Assembly: GCA_049589355.1 (NCBI GenBank)
Contig: JBAWAP010000384.1
Location: 2,349 to 66,348 of the forward strand
Direction of reading: 5' to 3'
DNA: 64,000 bases
Origin: Anaerolineae bacterium
GTDB taxonomy: Bacteria > Chloroflexota > Anaerolineae > VGOG01
Each line of letters begins with the position of its first letter. The first letter of the stretch is position 1. The notes under the pieces are model-generated. The model was given only the letters and a program-made list of their open reading frames with translations. It searched no databases and had not been told where the DNA came from. Below are positions 9,660 through 19,346 of the stretch, piece by piece. The position numbers were made by a program, and so were the translations under genes.

Positions 9660-10163
9660 TTATCCCTCTGGTTTCTCGAACGCCCGATTCCGAACTGCCT
9701 CATCTACCTGGTAACGGATGTCGGCGTAGACGACGCCACGCCGTGCCCGTTCCTCCTGCTCGCTCAGCCATTGTTCCAACCCCACAGCCTGCAGGCGCCG
9801 GTTGTCGGCGATGAGCGTGGGGTAAATGGCGTTCAGAGCCTCAATGCGGGAGCATGGGAAATCGGGGCACTGGTTGCACAGTTCCAGGCCCCGTTGCTGG
9901 ACGCAAACGCGGATCTGGCAATAGGGTGGACCGCCACCAGCACGACAGCCGGGACAACCACCATTGGCGTGCAAGCCATCCAAGAAGCGCCAGAACTCGG
10001 CAAAGCCGGAGATGCCGGCTCCCCAGTCAGCCCATCCTTCCTCGGCCATCGCCTTCTGTAACGCTGTAGCCCGTTCGGGGATGCGCGATCGGGCAGCACA
10101 CAACCCACAGTGCAGGCCACAGTAAGTCACGAACTCCAATCTCTTGGTCATCTCAGCCTCCAT
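9660..10163 (-). CDS. DUF3795 cysteine-rich protein
   Basis: YCGLHCGLCA...CPGC...C..C..CPDFPCSRIE. Third of three tandem paralogs. Confidence 0.7.
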   Translation of the reverse strand: MEAEMTKRLEFVTYCGLHCGLCAARSRIPERATALQKAMAEEGWADWGAGISGFAEFWRFLDGLHANGGCPGCRAGGGPPYCQIRVCVQQRGLELCNQCPDFPCSRIEALNAIYPTLIADNRRLQAVGLEQWLSEQEERARRGVVYADIRYQVDEAVRNRAFEKPEG

Positions 10164-10423
10164 AAATTCTTCTGGCCGCTCGCAGGAACATGTCGTAGCC
10201 GAATGCCCTTGGCATGCCTTTAGTCAGGGAGTTGGGAGCACCTCGGCCTGGATCGTGCCTTCTACAAGGGTCAATAATCCCACCGTCGGCGGCCCGGTCA
10301 CCACTGTCGGCGATCGCTTCAGCCTGCCGCCGCGCCGCGTCATCTTTTAGCCTTCGCCCATCGATTTTTCCCCGCGGCGTAGGCGGCAGGCGCGTGTTCT
10401 CTGCTGTGCATCGTCGTTCGGTG

Positions 10424-10966
10424 CTATGTCGTTCGCGCCATCAATAGTTCATCGTAAAAGACACTGTCGTAGTAAAGGGCTTGTGGTTCGATTCCGTAAA
10501 CCTGAAACCCACAGTGAGCATAGCAGCGAATCGCACGAGTATTCGTTGTGACCACCGCTAGTTTGACAATCTTTACATCCTGAGTTCGTGCCCAATCCGC
10601 GCAAGCAGTTACGAGTCCCTCGGCAATACGAAACCCGCGCCAATCGGGTCGGACGTACATTCCCACGATATTTGCGCTGTGCTGTATCTTGGGCGAGTTC
10701 GTGCGAGTAATGCCACACATGCCTATCACCTGTTGGTCGTGAACGGCAAAATAAATCATGACCGCGCTATCCGTGCTGTTAAACCGAAGTCTCTCTGTCC
10801 AGAAGGTCATCGGCTTGGCAAGGTTCGCCGCGTAATCCGAGGAAAATGCCTCAGGATGATTACGCAAAGCCTCTAAGCGCAAGTCGCGATAGGCTGGGGC
10901 ATCCTCCTCTCTTGCTGAACGTATTGTTACTGTTCCACGCGGAGTAGTGATAGGTGTATCCATTGT
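10424..10966 (-). CDS. GNAT family N-acetyltransferase
   Basis: Acetyl-CoA binding motif region (VRPDWRGFRIAEGLV). Start placed at internal MDTPI. Confidence 0.75.
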   Translation of the reverse strand, partial: TMDTPITTPRGTVTIRSAREEDAPAYRDLRLEALRNHPEAFSSDYAANLAKPMTFWTERLRFNSTDSAVMIYFAVHDQQVIGMCGITRTNSPKIQHSANIVGMYVRPDWRGFRIAEGLVTACADWARTQDVKIVKLAVVTTNTRAIRCYAHCGFQVYGIEPQALYYDSVFYDELLMARTT

Positions 10967-10977
10967 CCTTTGCTGAT

Positions 10978-11586
10978 TCAAGTTGGAATTGGACACCGAC
11001 CATAGTGCGAGCGGCATGGCAGAGAACTCGCCGCACGACGCAGAAAGACGCGCCGGGTAAGTGGTGGGCTCTTGGACAACTGAGCTTGAGCGCGCTCTGG
11101 TGTGAGGTGATAGACCGCCCCTGGACTGAAAAGCAACACATCATCATGCCACGATAGGTATGGCCGGTGGAAATGTCCGAAAATGATGGCATCCACCTGG
11201 CTGAAGGCTCGCAACACCTGTCGCTGGAAGCCACCCCACCAGAAGCGGCGGCCAGTGAACAGTTCGTTGGAAAGCATGCTGGGCAACTCTCGCCACACTG
11301 ATCGCCGACCGTGAACTAAACCAATCCGTGCCTTTCCTATCTCAATGACAGTCTTCACGGGCAGGTCGAGGGCGTCGTGATCACCCTTGACCGCCACCAC
11401 CGGAGCAAGTAACCTCAACTCGTCCAACACCTCTGAGTTGGTAATGTCGCCAGCGTGCAAGATCAGATCCACATCCTGAAAGAGATGCACAATCCCCTTG
11501 GGCAGCGCAGGCAAAAACTCGGGTACGTGTGTGTCAGCAATCACTCCTATCCTGTAAGCGGCCATCGGTAACTCTTTATGCGCCAC
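10978..11586 (-). CDS. Metallophosphoesterase (YfcE/MJ0936-like)
   Basis: IGVIADTHVP...HAGDI...GHFHRP metal-binding motifs. Confidence 0.8.
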   Translation of the reverse strand: MAHKELPMAAYRIGVIADTHVPEFLPALPKGIVHLFQDVDLILHAGDITNSEVLDELRLLAPVVAVKGDHDALDLPVKTVIEIGKARIGLVHGRRSVWRELPSMLSNELFTGRRFWWGGFQRQVLRAFSQVDAIIFGHFHRPYLSWHDDVLLFSPGAVYHLTPERAQAQLSKSPPLTRRVFLRRAASSLPCRSHYGRCPIPT

Positions 11587-11595
11587 TGCCTCACG

Positions 11596-12279
11596 TCATC
11601 GTCCCCGCGCCCGGCCCATAAGGGCGATAGTTCCTGGGTAAACGCGCTCCTCGACCACGTCGAACCCCACACTCGCCAGCAACACCATCAACTCATCCCT
11701 GGTGTACTTTCGAGCCCGCTTGCTCCTGCTGGCCAGCACTTTGAGTTTCCAGAAGATGAGCCTGGGCAACGTCGTCTTCAGCTTCTTTTTCAGTGCTGCC
11801 GTCTGTGAACTATCCACGGCCATGACCAGGAATAGGCCATCGGGCTTCAGCACACGCCTGATCTCGCGCAGAAAGCGCGGCGGACTGGCAACACACTGGA
11901 GGGCATGTATGCAGATAACGTGGTCGAATGACTTGGCAGGGAAACGCAGATCGCGGTTAAAATCCGCTTGCTCAAACGTAACGGACGCCTGTGGAAGCCG
12001 CGCCGCTTTTGTGCTGGCTTTCTTCAGCATCCCCAGTGCGAAATCAATGCCCACGACGTCGAATCCGACCTCTGCCAGCGCCAGGGCATAGTTGCCGGTG
12101 CCACATCCAATATCGAGCACCCGTTCGTTGTCGCGCCGACGGTAGCTGGTCAACCAGGCAACCGTCGCTTGGATGTCTTCCCGAGTTTCGGGAAGCTGAA
12201 GATAGTCATCCCAGGTATAGCTGTGCAGACTCCAGAACACACGCTCAAGCCAGTAAAATGGGCGCCTGTTCTTCGGCAT
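11596..12279 (-). CDS. Class I SAM-dependent methyltransferase
   Basis: VLDIGCGTGNYALALAE...FDHVICIHAL...LKPDGLF motifs I-III. ATG at 12279 preferred over the long upstream ORF. Confidence 0.8.
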   Translation of the reverse strand: MPKNRRPFYWLERVFWSLHSYTWDDYLQLPETREDIQATVAWLTSYRRRDNERVLDIGCGTGNYALALAEVGFDVVGIDFALGMLKKASTKAARLPQASVTFEQADFNRDLRFPAKSFDHVICIHALQCVASPPRFLREIRRVLKPDGLFLVMAVDSSQTAALKKKLKTTLPRLIFWKLKVLASRSKRARKYTRDELMVLLASVGFDVVEERVYPGTIALMGRARGR

Positions 12280-12469
12280 AGCTGTACTTGCTTTTGCCTC
12301 TCTCAAAAACTCACAGTTCGATATTTCGCCCGGCAGGGATGGCCTTCGGCGATTTCCAACTTTCGCTGGCCTGGACGTCCAACGACTGACTATAGCGTTC
12401 CGAACTTGCGCTCGGGGAAGTGGGCCCCGTGGGAGCAGACCAACTCCTGCTACTCCTTGTTGCCTGGCA

Positions 12470-13252
12470 TCAATGCTCGGCGTCAACTGGAATGAGCTGC
12501 CGTGGCTTCCCATCGGGCCACAACATCACCCGGCCAGCTAGCGTATTGTCTCGGATGAACATGATGACCACCTCGGCGACCTCATCAGGCTGGATCAGAA
12601 CAGGTGGAGGAGGAAAGTCAAGGGCTACGAGCTTATCTGGCGTCGTCGTAGCTAAGTAACGCTGCACCGCCGGCGTCTCGACCCAACCCGGGCAGATGCA
12701 GTTCACACGGATGCCGGCTTCTTTGAGGTAACCCAACGCGGCGGTGAGGCGCACTACGCTCGCCTTGCTGGCTGCGTACTCCGGGGCATCGTACGGTCGG
12801 TATCCGATCCCCGCCATTGAAGAGATATTGATAATCGCCCCGCCTCCACGCTTGCGCATGGCCTGCATGCCAAACTGGATGCCCAGCATGACGCCGCGCA
12901 AGTTGACGTCGAGCGTGCGGCTCCAGTGACCGGGTTCCGCTTCAGGAAAATATGGCTCAGGAGCGATGCCAGCGTTGTTCACGAGAATGTCCAGGCCCCC
13001 GAAGCGTTGCTCTACAAAGGCGATCATGGCCTGCACGTCTGCCTCGACCGCCACATCGGCCAGAACCAAGGCAGCGCGGCCACCATCTGCCTCAATTTGA
13101 CGCACCGTCTCTGCGCCGCCATCTTGATCTATGTCGGCAACGACAACTGCTACGCCTTCGCGTGCTAGTCGGGTAGCTATCACACGGCCGATACCAGCAG
13201 CAGCTCCGGTAACGAGTGCAACTTTATCTTTCATATCAACTCCTATGGCCAA
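12470..13252 (-). CDS. SDR family oxidoreductase
   Basis: TGAAAGIGR Rossmann motif, NNAG, YxxxK (YAASK). Confidence 0.85.
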   Translation of the reverse strand: MAIGVDMKDKVALVTGAAAGIGRVIATRLAREGVAVVVADIDQDGGAETVRQIEADGGRAALVLADVAVEADVQAMIAFVEQRFGGLDILVNNAGIAPEPYFPEAEPGHWSRTLDVNLRGVMLGIQFGMQAMRKRGGGAIINISSMAGIGYRPYDAPEYAASKASVVRLTAALGYLKEAGIRVNCICPGWVETPAVQRYLATTTPDKLVALDFPPPPVLIQPDEVAEVVIMFIRDNTLAGRVMLWPDGKPRQLIPVDAEH

Positions 13253-13262
13253 AAAACATCTC

Positions 13263-14147
13263 TTACAAAGTCAGGCCATGCTTCTCGGCGAGCATCCGCG
13301 CCCTGGCCATCAGCGCGTCGTGATAGGGCTTGCGGTTGGCGGCGATGTGGCGGTATCCCTCCACCAGGTCGGGGTAATGCCTCTCCAGCACCCTCCTGAC
13401 CTTGCCCCAGATCGCGCCGCTCAGTTTCATGCTGTCCACGAAAATGTAGGAGACACCCGCCCGCGCCAGTTCTCCGAAGAGGGCATCCATTTGCTCCTCT
13501 CCGTCTGAGAGGAAGGGCAGAAGCGGCCCGCAGAAGGCCCAGGTTCTGATCCCCGCACTCGCCAGCTCTGCCAGGGTTACCAGGCGGGCTGGAACAGGCG
13601 AGGAGCGGGGCTCAAACACGCGCCGCACCTCCTCGTCGAGAGTGGCGATGGTGAAGCCTATTTCTATGTCAGGGAGACGGAGAAGGAGGTCGAGGTCGCG
13701 CAGCACCAGGTCGGATTTGGTGAGGATGGAGACGGGAAAATCGCAGGCGGTGAGCACCTCCAGGCAGGCGCAAGTGATTTGATACTTCCTCTCCAGCGGC
13801 TGGTAGGGGTCGGTTACCGTGCCAATGGCGATGTTACCCCTCTTGGCTCGCCTCATCTGTCGGGCCAGCACCTCCGCTGCGTTGATCTTGGCGTCCACAA
13901 AGGTGCCCCAGTCCTCTTTGTGGCCGGTGAAGCGCTTCATGAAGATGGCGTAGCAGTAGACGCAGCCGTGGCTGCAGCCGACGTAGGGGTTGATGGCATA
14001 GTCAACCCCCTCGATGCCCGATTTGGTGAGGATGGACTTGCAGTTTATTTCCTTTACGATCACGTCGTGCTTTCCATGGTCACTGGTAATCCCCAAGCCA
14101 GTGGATTCTGGAGAAGTCGTCCCGGACAGTGTTGTACAGCCTCTCAT
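13263..14147 (-). CDS. Radical SAM protein, spore-photoproduct-lyase-like (SPL family)
   Basis: CSHGCVYCY CxxxCxxC motif; N-terminal KSILTKSG region typical of SPL-like 'DNA repair photolyase' radical SAM proteins. Confidence 0.75.
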   Translation of the reverse strand: MRGCTTLSGTTSPESTGLGITSDHGKHDVIVKEINCKSILTKSGIEGVDYAINPYVGCSHGCVYCYAIFMKRFTGHKEDWGTFVDAKINAAEVLARQMRRAKRGNIAIGTVTDPYQPLERKYQITCACLEVLTACDFPVSILTKSDLVLRDLDLLLRLPDIEIGFTIATLDEEVRRVFEPRSSPVPARLVTLAELASAGIRTWAFCGPLLPFLSDGEEQMDALFGELARAGVSYIFVDSMKLSGAIWGKVRRVLERHYPDLVEGYRHIAANRKPYHDALMARARMLAEKHGLTL

Positions 14148-14517
14148 CGGCTGTCCAGAACTCGCCTTCCATCATCTCGGCCAGGGCCAGGTAGTGAGTA
14201 TCATAGGCAGCGGGGCGGTCGAAGCGAGCGGCCAGGTCGAAGGCTTTCAAAGAGATGTTGGATGGGTGGAGTAGGCGCACTCCAAGCATAAGGGCCCCGC
14301 GGACGGCCTCTTTGGCCTCCTCCACACTCATTAGGCCCCGCTTCGCTTTTCGCCAGATGGCCGAGGTGATCTCGAAGCAGAAGAGGTAGGGAGCGACGAT
14401 TTCTCGATCCTCATTCAGCCATTTTCCCCACAAGGCCAAAGCGAGGGGGCGATCTGGTTCCGGGGCCACAAGTTTGACGACAATATTAGCATCAACGCAG
14501 ACCGGTGATCTCGGCAT
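14080..14517 (-). CDS. vapC: PIN-domain toxin VapC
   Basis: VDANIVV...CFEITSAIW...YDTHYLALAE acidic PIN residues. Start ATG at 14517 overlaps the antitoxin 3' end. Confidence 0.7.
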   Translation of the reverse strand: MPRSPVCVDANIVVKLVAPEPDRPLALALWGKWLNEDREIVAPYLFCFEITSAIWRKAKRGLMSVEEAKEAVRGALMLGVRLLHPSNISLKAFDLAARFDRPAAYDTHYLALAEMMEGEFWTADERLYNTVRDDFSRIHWLGDYQ

Positions 14518-14758
14518 CCCGCTCCTCCCGCATCTGGCGGATATCCTCGACGCAGCTAGGCATCTCGCCGTATTTCCGTTCGAGTTCATCACCCAAGGCT
14601 CGTACCCGCTCCAGTGCCTCCAGACTTTGTCTCCTCCGTATCTCCCGCTCTGTCGCCTCGGCGATCAATCGTGAACGCTCCCCACTGGGGATCAGCCGCT
14701 TGATCTCTTCCCAGAGCCCACGAGGGAAAACCAGGGAAACCCGTACTGTATCGCTCAT
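14492..14758 (-). CDS. Antitoxin (ribbon-helix-helix/VapB-like)
   Basis: 88 aa immediately upstream of and overlapping the PIN gene; basic N-terminus then helical C-terminus. Confidence 0.5.
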   Translation of the reverse strand: MSDTVRVSLVFPRGLWEEIKRLIPSGERSRLIAEATEREIRRRQSLEALERVRALGDELERKYGEMPSCVEDIRQMREERDAEITGLR

Positions 14759-14803
14759 ATATACCTCCTGTCAGCACTGATGTTCTATACCCATTATACA
14801 CCA

Positions 14804-15466
14804 TCATCGTTTCCTTGTCAATTTCTCTGGCCCAATGAAATCAGCCACCGCCTCAGCCACTTCCTTCTCCCGCCCTATGAGAAAGTGGTCGGTTCCCCTT
14901 AGGATGCGCATTTCCTTTGGAGGAGGCAGGCCCTCTACGAAGCGGTGTAGCACGTCGGGTGGACATACGGAATCGTCCTCGCCAGCGATGAAGAGCTTGG
15001 GCCTGGCATAGCTGCTGAGGAAGCCCTCTTCCGACTGCCATACAGGAAGCCCAATGGCGACTACGCCGCAAATGCGTGGATCATGCTCGGCATGGTGTAG
15101 CCCCACCCAGGCCCCGAAAGAATAGCCGACCAGGTAGAGCTTCCCTTGATCCACGCCTTTTGCTCGGAGGAGTAAATCCACCGCCCCGGCCACGTCATCT
15201 AGCTCTGCCACTCCATCGCCAAATGCCCCTTCGCTTCGCCCAACGCCGCGAAAGTTGAAGCGGAAGGCCATGATGTCACACTGCGCCAAGGTTCGAGCGA
15301 TGCTCACCACCACGGAGACGTCCATGCTGCCACCGTAAAGCGAATGAGGATGGCAAACTATTGCCGCCGGAAGATCCTTCCCGCCGGGACGGTGAAGGGC
15401 ACCCTCTAACTGGATGGCTTCCTCCCCTTTGCTGGTGAAGAAAAACCTTGTCTCCTTGATGGTCAT
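14804..15466 (-). CDS. Alpha/beta hydrolase (dienelactone hydrolase-like)
   Basis: GYSFGAW nucleophile elbow (G-x-S-x-G), 220 aa. Confidence 0.75.
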   Translation of the reverse strand: MTIKETRFFFTSKGEEAIQLEGALHRPGGKDLPAAIVCHPHSLYGGSMDVSVVVSIARTLAQCDIMAFRFNFRGVGRSEGAFGDGVAELDDVAGAVDLLLRAKGVDQGKLYLVGYSFGAWVGLHHAEHDPRICGVVAIGLPVWQSEEGFLSSYARPKLFIAGEDDSVCPPDVLHRFVEGLPPPKEMRILRGTDHFLIGREKEVAEAVADFIGPEKLTRKR

Positions 15467-15538
15467 GGCCTGATCTCCGTTGTTGTGTACAAAGATAACC
15501 TCCTGCAGGTTCTAAAACCTACGGGAGGCTACTCCGTC

Positions 15539-15886
15539 TCAGAGGCCCTGCCTGATCGCATCCAGGGTAGCCCTGGCGGCAGGTACGAAGCCGAAGAAGC
15601 GCTCGATCTTCTCGCAGCCGTAGTCGTCGCAGTAAGCGCAGTTGAGGACACCTCGCTCCATGCCGCAGGCGCGGATGTCGCACTCATACCAGTGGCCGCA
15701 CTTGCGTTCTCCTTCGGTCACGCACCCGTCGCAGATGACCGATTCGACGGTGATGTCGGGCGCGTTGAACTCCTCGCGCCATTGCGCGGCCACTCGCTCC
15801 AGTGCGGCGTGGTCGTCTGCCTGGGTGGCGATGTAGGCCGGGCAGTCGCTGCATACCAGTCCACAGTAAGCGATGATCTTGTCCAT
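15539..15886 (-). CDS. DUF3795 cysteine-rich protein
   Basis: YCGLVCSDCPAY...CDGC...C..C.C...CAYCDDYGCEK. Confidence 0.75.
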   Translation of the reverse strand: MDKIIAYCGLVCSDCPAYIATQADDHAALERVAAQWREEFNAPDITVESVICDGCVTEGERKCGHWYECDIRACGMERGVLNCAYCDDYGCEKIERFFGFVPAARATLDAIRQGL

Positions 15887-15913
15887 TAGATTTCCTCCCT
15901 TTTTTAGTTATTT

Positions 15914-16267
15914 TCACGCCGCTAGGCTGGCGCGGATACCATCCAAGGTGGCGCGGGCGTGGGGCGCCATGCCAAAGAAGCCCTCCAGCTTTTCGCAGGC
16001 GTAGTCGTCGCAGTAGGCACAATTGACGACGCCCCGCTCCATGCCACAAGCGCGAACCTGGCACTCAAAGCAATAGCCACACAATCGCTCGCTATCCGAC
16101 AGGCAACCGTCGCACATGGCGGATTCGATGGTGATGTCAGGATTATTGAATTGTTCCCTCGCTCGTGCGGCCATTCGTTCTAGTGCAGCCAGGTCATTCG
16201 TCTGGGTAGCAATGTATGCCTCGCAGTCGGTGCACACCAAACCACAATAGGCGATCATTTTGTCCAA
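15914..16267 (-). CDS. DUF3795 cysteine-rich protein (tandem paralog of 15539-15886)
   Basis: Near-identical architecture and many identical residues to the downstream paralog. Confidence 0.75.
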   Translation of the reverse strand: MDKMIAYCGLVCTDCEAYIATQTNDLAALERMAARAREQFNNPDITIESAMCDGCLSDSERLCGYCFECQVRACGMERGVVNCAYCDDYACEKLEGFFGMAPHARATLDGIRASLAA

Positions 16268-16452
16268 CAGATTTCCTCCTCTCTTTACTCGTTATGCGGT
16301 CATTGGTGGGCTTGCAAGTATTGTTCGAATTCCTTCATACAGACGAGGCAGCGGTCGAGGGCATTTTCGGACCGCCCACCCCTTTTCAGGAACTTGCGAA
16401 ACCCTTGCGCATCCATGTAGTACCTCCTTCCAATGAAACACCCCCGATTGAT

Positions 16453-17496
16453 TCAAGCGTTTCTGGCTCTCATCCACTTGCGGAGCTGGGTCTTGGCCCA
16501 GCGATAGTGGCTGCTGGTGTTGGCGGCGGCCATGGTCCACAATGGGTTGCCGGCCCGCCATTCGAAGCGGTCTGGATCGATCAGGTCTTCTTCCGGCATG
16601 GCCTCTATCGTTTTCAGGACCTGCTGGTACGAGGCATGAAACTCGGCCAGTACATCGTCCAGGGGGCGATGGCGGTGTTTCTCAAAGGTCCGCTGGTTTA
16701 GAATGTCCAGGTCCCGCCAGGTGAGCCCAGGTTCTGGCGTTTCGGGAGTTAGGCCGCGCAGCCCTTCGTCGTACCAGCGCAGGAAGCGTTGCTCCCAGTC
16801 TACGAGATGGGCCAACAGGTCCTTGACCGACCACTCGCTCACGACGCCGGGCTGGATCATCTCATCTTCGTTTAATTCAGCCAAGTTCTTTTCCAACCGT
16901 CGCCGTTCGGCGCGGATTCTCTCCAGGATTATGTCCTTGTTCAACTGTTTGCCAGTGTGCTTTGTCTTCCAGCGGCGGATCTGCCTCTTCGCCCAGTCGT
17001 AGCAGTGGAAAGTATTGGCGGTGATGTAGTCAGCCAACGTCAGGTCTTCCGTCCAGGCAAAGCGACCAGGGGCAAACAGATCGGCTTCAGGGATTGTCTG
17101 TACGGTCGCCAGTACTTGCTGGAATGAAGTCATAAACTCGGCTAAAATGTCCTCCAGAGAGTGGCTACGATACTTCTCGATCTCGAGAACCAGGGCCTCA
17201 AAGCCATCTCGACTGACTTTGACGACAGGTGCTTCAGGGACATCACCCCGTGGACCAGCCCCGTACCAGTTCAGAAAACGTTGCTCCTGCGCTATGAGAT
17301 GAGCCAACAGTTCTTTGACCGACCATTCGCCTACGACACCTGGCTCCAACATCTCTTCTCTACCGAACTTGGGTCTGTTGCTGGCAACAAACGCCCCGTT
17401 GCTTCCTCGTTCGAAGTAGAAGAGGTATCTTTCCAATTGTCTATGCTTGACGCGGATTTGCTCAAGGAGTTCGTCCTTGCTCACCTTTTCTGCCAT
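16453..17496 (-). CDS. Tandem double ClbS/DfsB (DUF1706) four-helix-bundle protein
   Basis: Two repeats each containing WSVKELLAHL/WSVKDLLAHL and the C-terminal WAK/RQ motif. ClbS family = colibactin self-protection cyclopropane hydrolase fold. Confidence 0.65.
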   Translation of the reverse strand: MAEKVSKDELLEQIRVKHRQLERYLFYFERGSNGAFVASNRPKFGREEMLEPGVVGEWSVKELLAHLIAQEQRFLNWYGAGPRGDVPEAPVVKVSRDGFEALVLEIEKYRSHSLEDILAEFMTSFQQVLATVQTIPEADLFAPGRFAWTEDLTLADYITANTFHCYDWAKRQIRRWKTKHTGKQLNKDIILERIRAERRRLEKNLAELNEDEMIQPGVVSEWSVKDLLAHLVDWEQRFLRWYDEGLRGLTPETPEPGLTWRDLDILNQRTFEKHRHRPLDDVLAEFHASYQQVLKTIEAMPEEDLIDPDRFEWRAGNPLWTMAAANTSSHYRWAKTQLRKWMRARNA

Positions 17497-17511
17497 CTGA
17501 ATTTCCCCACG

Positions 17512-18312
17512 TCAAAACTCATGTGCATCAGATACGAATCTACCACCATCAACAGTGATACACTGGCCGTTGATGTACGACGAGTCGTCGCTGGCCAGGA
17601 ACAGCGCCACGCTGGCGATCTCTTCGACGGTGCAAACCCGTTTCAGGGGATAACCCTTTGCGATCCGGCCCAGCCACGCCTCGACTTCCTCCGGGCTGCG
17701 ATCACCCTCTGAGTTGGCGATCCGCACAAAGCCGGGGCAGATGGCGTTGGCGCGGATGTGGGGCGCAAAATCTATGGCCAGGGTCCTCGTCAGGGCGTTG
17801 ATGGCCGCCTTGGTCACGGGATAGACGCTGAAGTTCTTCATCACCTTAAACGCCGCGCCCGACGAGATGTTAACGATGGTCCCTCCGCCGCTCTCCAGGA
17901 TCAGGGGGATGGCGTATTTCGCAAACCTGAAGTAGCCATTCAGATTCACGTCAATAATGTGATTCCAGTTTTCTTCCAAGATCTCCACAACGTTTCTGAA
18001 AATGTCGCCTTCATAGGATGCGGCGCAGTTTACGAGGCAGTGCAACGCCCCGAACTCCTGCCGCGTGATTTCGACGGCTCGCTTGACCTCATCCGTTTTC
18101 GAGACATTGGCTCTGACGAACAGGGCCGTGCCTCCGTCCTCCCGGATCCGGTCGGCTGTTCTCTGGCCCATTTCCTCCAGGATGTCCACGACGACGACCT
18201 TGGCACCTTCGGAGGCAAGCTTGAAAGCGATGGCGCTGCCGATGGAGGGGCCGCCATATTTGTAGCCCAGGGCGGCCCCAGTAACCAGGGCCAATTTGTC
18301 TTGCATCTTCAC
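17512..18312 (-). CDS. SDR family oxidoreductase
   Basis: TGAALGYKYGGPSIG...NCAA...YPVTK motifs. Confidence 0.85.
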   Translation of the reverse strand: MKMQDKLALVTGAALGYKYGGPSIGSAIAFKLASEGAKVVVVDILEEMGQRTADRIREDGGTALFVRANVSKTDEVKRAVEITRQEFGALHCLVNCAASYEGDIFRNVVEILEENWNHIIDVNLNGYFRFAKYAIPLILESGGGTIVNISSGAAFKVMKNFSVYPVTKAAINALTRTLAIDFAPHIRANAICPGFVRIANSEGDRSPEEVEAWLGRIAKGYPLKRVCTVEEIASVALFLASDDSSYINGQCITVDGGRFVSDAHEF

Positions 18313-18339
18313 CGTTGATCTCCTCCTCTGTCCTGTGCC

Positions 18340-19317
18340 TCACAGACGAATCAGCTCTTCCAACCAGGGAACCGGCTCGTGCTTGCGTCGCCAAAACAGG
18401 TCCTCGAAGAGGTAGTGGGCGGCGAGCATCTTCCACTGGCCCCAGCGCCGGTCCACTTTGGCCAGGATCTGCTCGGCAGGTACAAGCTCTTGGTCAAACA
18501 GCAGCCGGGAGTAGATCTTTTGCTCCCACGGAGAGACGTGGTCAAACGCATCGTAACGATGGAAATTCCCGGACATCAGATACCACACTGTCGCCGGTCC
18601 GACGCCATAGAGCTTGAGCAGCGCTCGCTTCAACTCCTCGTTGGGTAGCTGGCGCAGAGCGTGGGCATCTATCTCGCCGTGAGCAAACTGGCTCGACATC
18701 CGCTTGAGCGATTTGGCCCGGTAGCCCACCTTGAGGGCGCGCAGGTCTTCCTCCGGCGCCGCATCCAGCACCTGCGGCGGCCAGAAGCCGTAGAGGACCT
18801 GGCCGTCGAAATGTAACCGGGTGCCATAGGCCCGAAAGAGGTTGTCCAGCATCTGCACCGAGCGGCGGACAGTGGCGTTCTGCAGCACGATGTAAACGAT
18901 CATGCTCTCGTAGAGGGGGCCAGTCACGTCGCGCATCCCCCGCCAGCGATGCAGGACCGGTTTCATCAATTCGTCGCGCTCAAGGGTGGCATTGAAGAGG
19001 GCAAGGTCAAGGTACAGATCAAAATTGTAGGCCACCTCGTCGCAGACAGCCTCGACATCCCCGGACGTCAGGGGGCGGTCGGCAAAGATCGTCAAACGCA
19101 ATAGCGGCTCGTCAACTGTGCCAACATTCTGAAGCTTGAGGCCGAAGAGATCGCTTCCCATGCGTTGAGTGACCCACAAGGTGCCCGGTTCCCAGAGTAC
19201 GTCGCCACTTGGAAAGTGACTGGGCTTGTGCACCGTGCCGTCAAAGTGGAATGGTGGCGTTGGCCGTATCTCTGTTTCGTGTGACACAGCCAGAGTCATT
19301 TGGGGTGCAGTGTCCAT
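18340..19317 (-). CDS. DNA-3-methyladenine glycosylase II-like (AlkA/HhH-GPD family)
   Basis: AlkA-like N-terminal domain plus HhH motif LYGVGPATVWYLM and catalytic Asp region. Confidence 0.7.
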   Translation of the reverse strand: MDTAPQMTLAVSHETEIRPTPPFHFDGTVHKPSHFPSGDVLWEPGTLWVTQRMGSDLFGLKLQNVGTVDEPLLRLTIFADRPLTSGDVEAVCDEVAYNFDLYLDLALFNATLERDELMKPVLHRWRGMRDVTGPLYESMIVYIVLQNATVRRSVQMLDNLFRAYGTRLHFDGQVLYGFWPPQVLDAAPEEDLRALKVGYRAKSLKRMSSQFAHGEIDAHALRQLPNEELKRALLKLYGVGPATVWYLMSGNFHRYDAFDHVSPWEQKIYSRLLFDQELVPAEQILAKVDRRWGQWKMLAAHYLFEDLFWRRKHEPVPWLEELIRL

Positions 19318-19346
19318 TCAACGATCCTCCGAGAGGGTAGTGGCGG

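Noticed and set aside
8636-9814. 392-aa plus-strand ORF, and many other 60-300-aa ORFs antisense to the minus-strand genes (e.g. 3009-3416, 27834-28745, 30027-30791, 43050-44027)
   Set aside because: They are Pro/Arg/Gly/Ala-rich translations typical of the GC-rich antisense strand. They fully overlap well-supported genes and have no recognisable domains.
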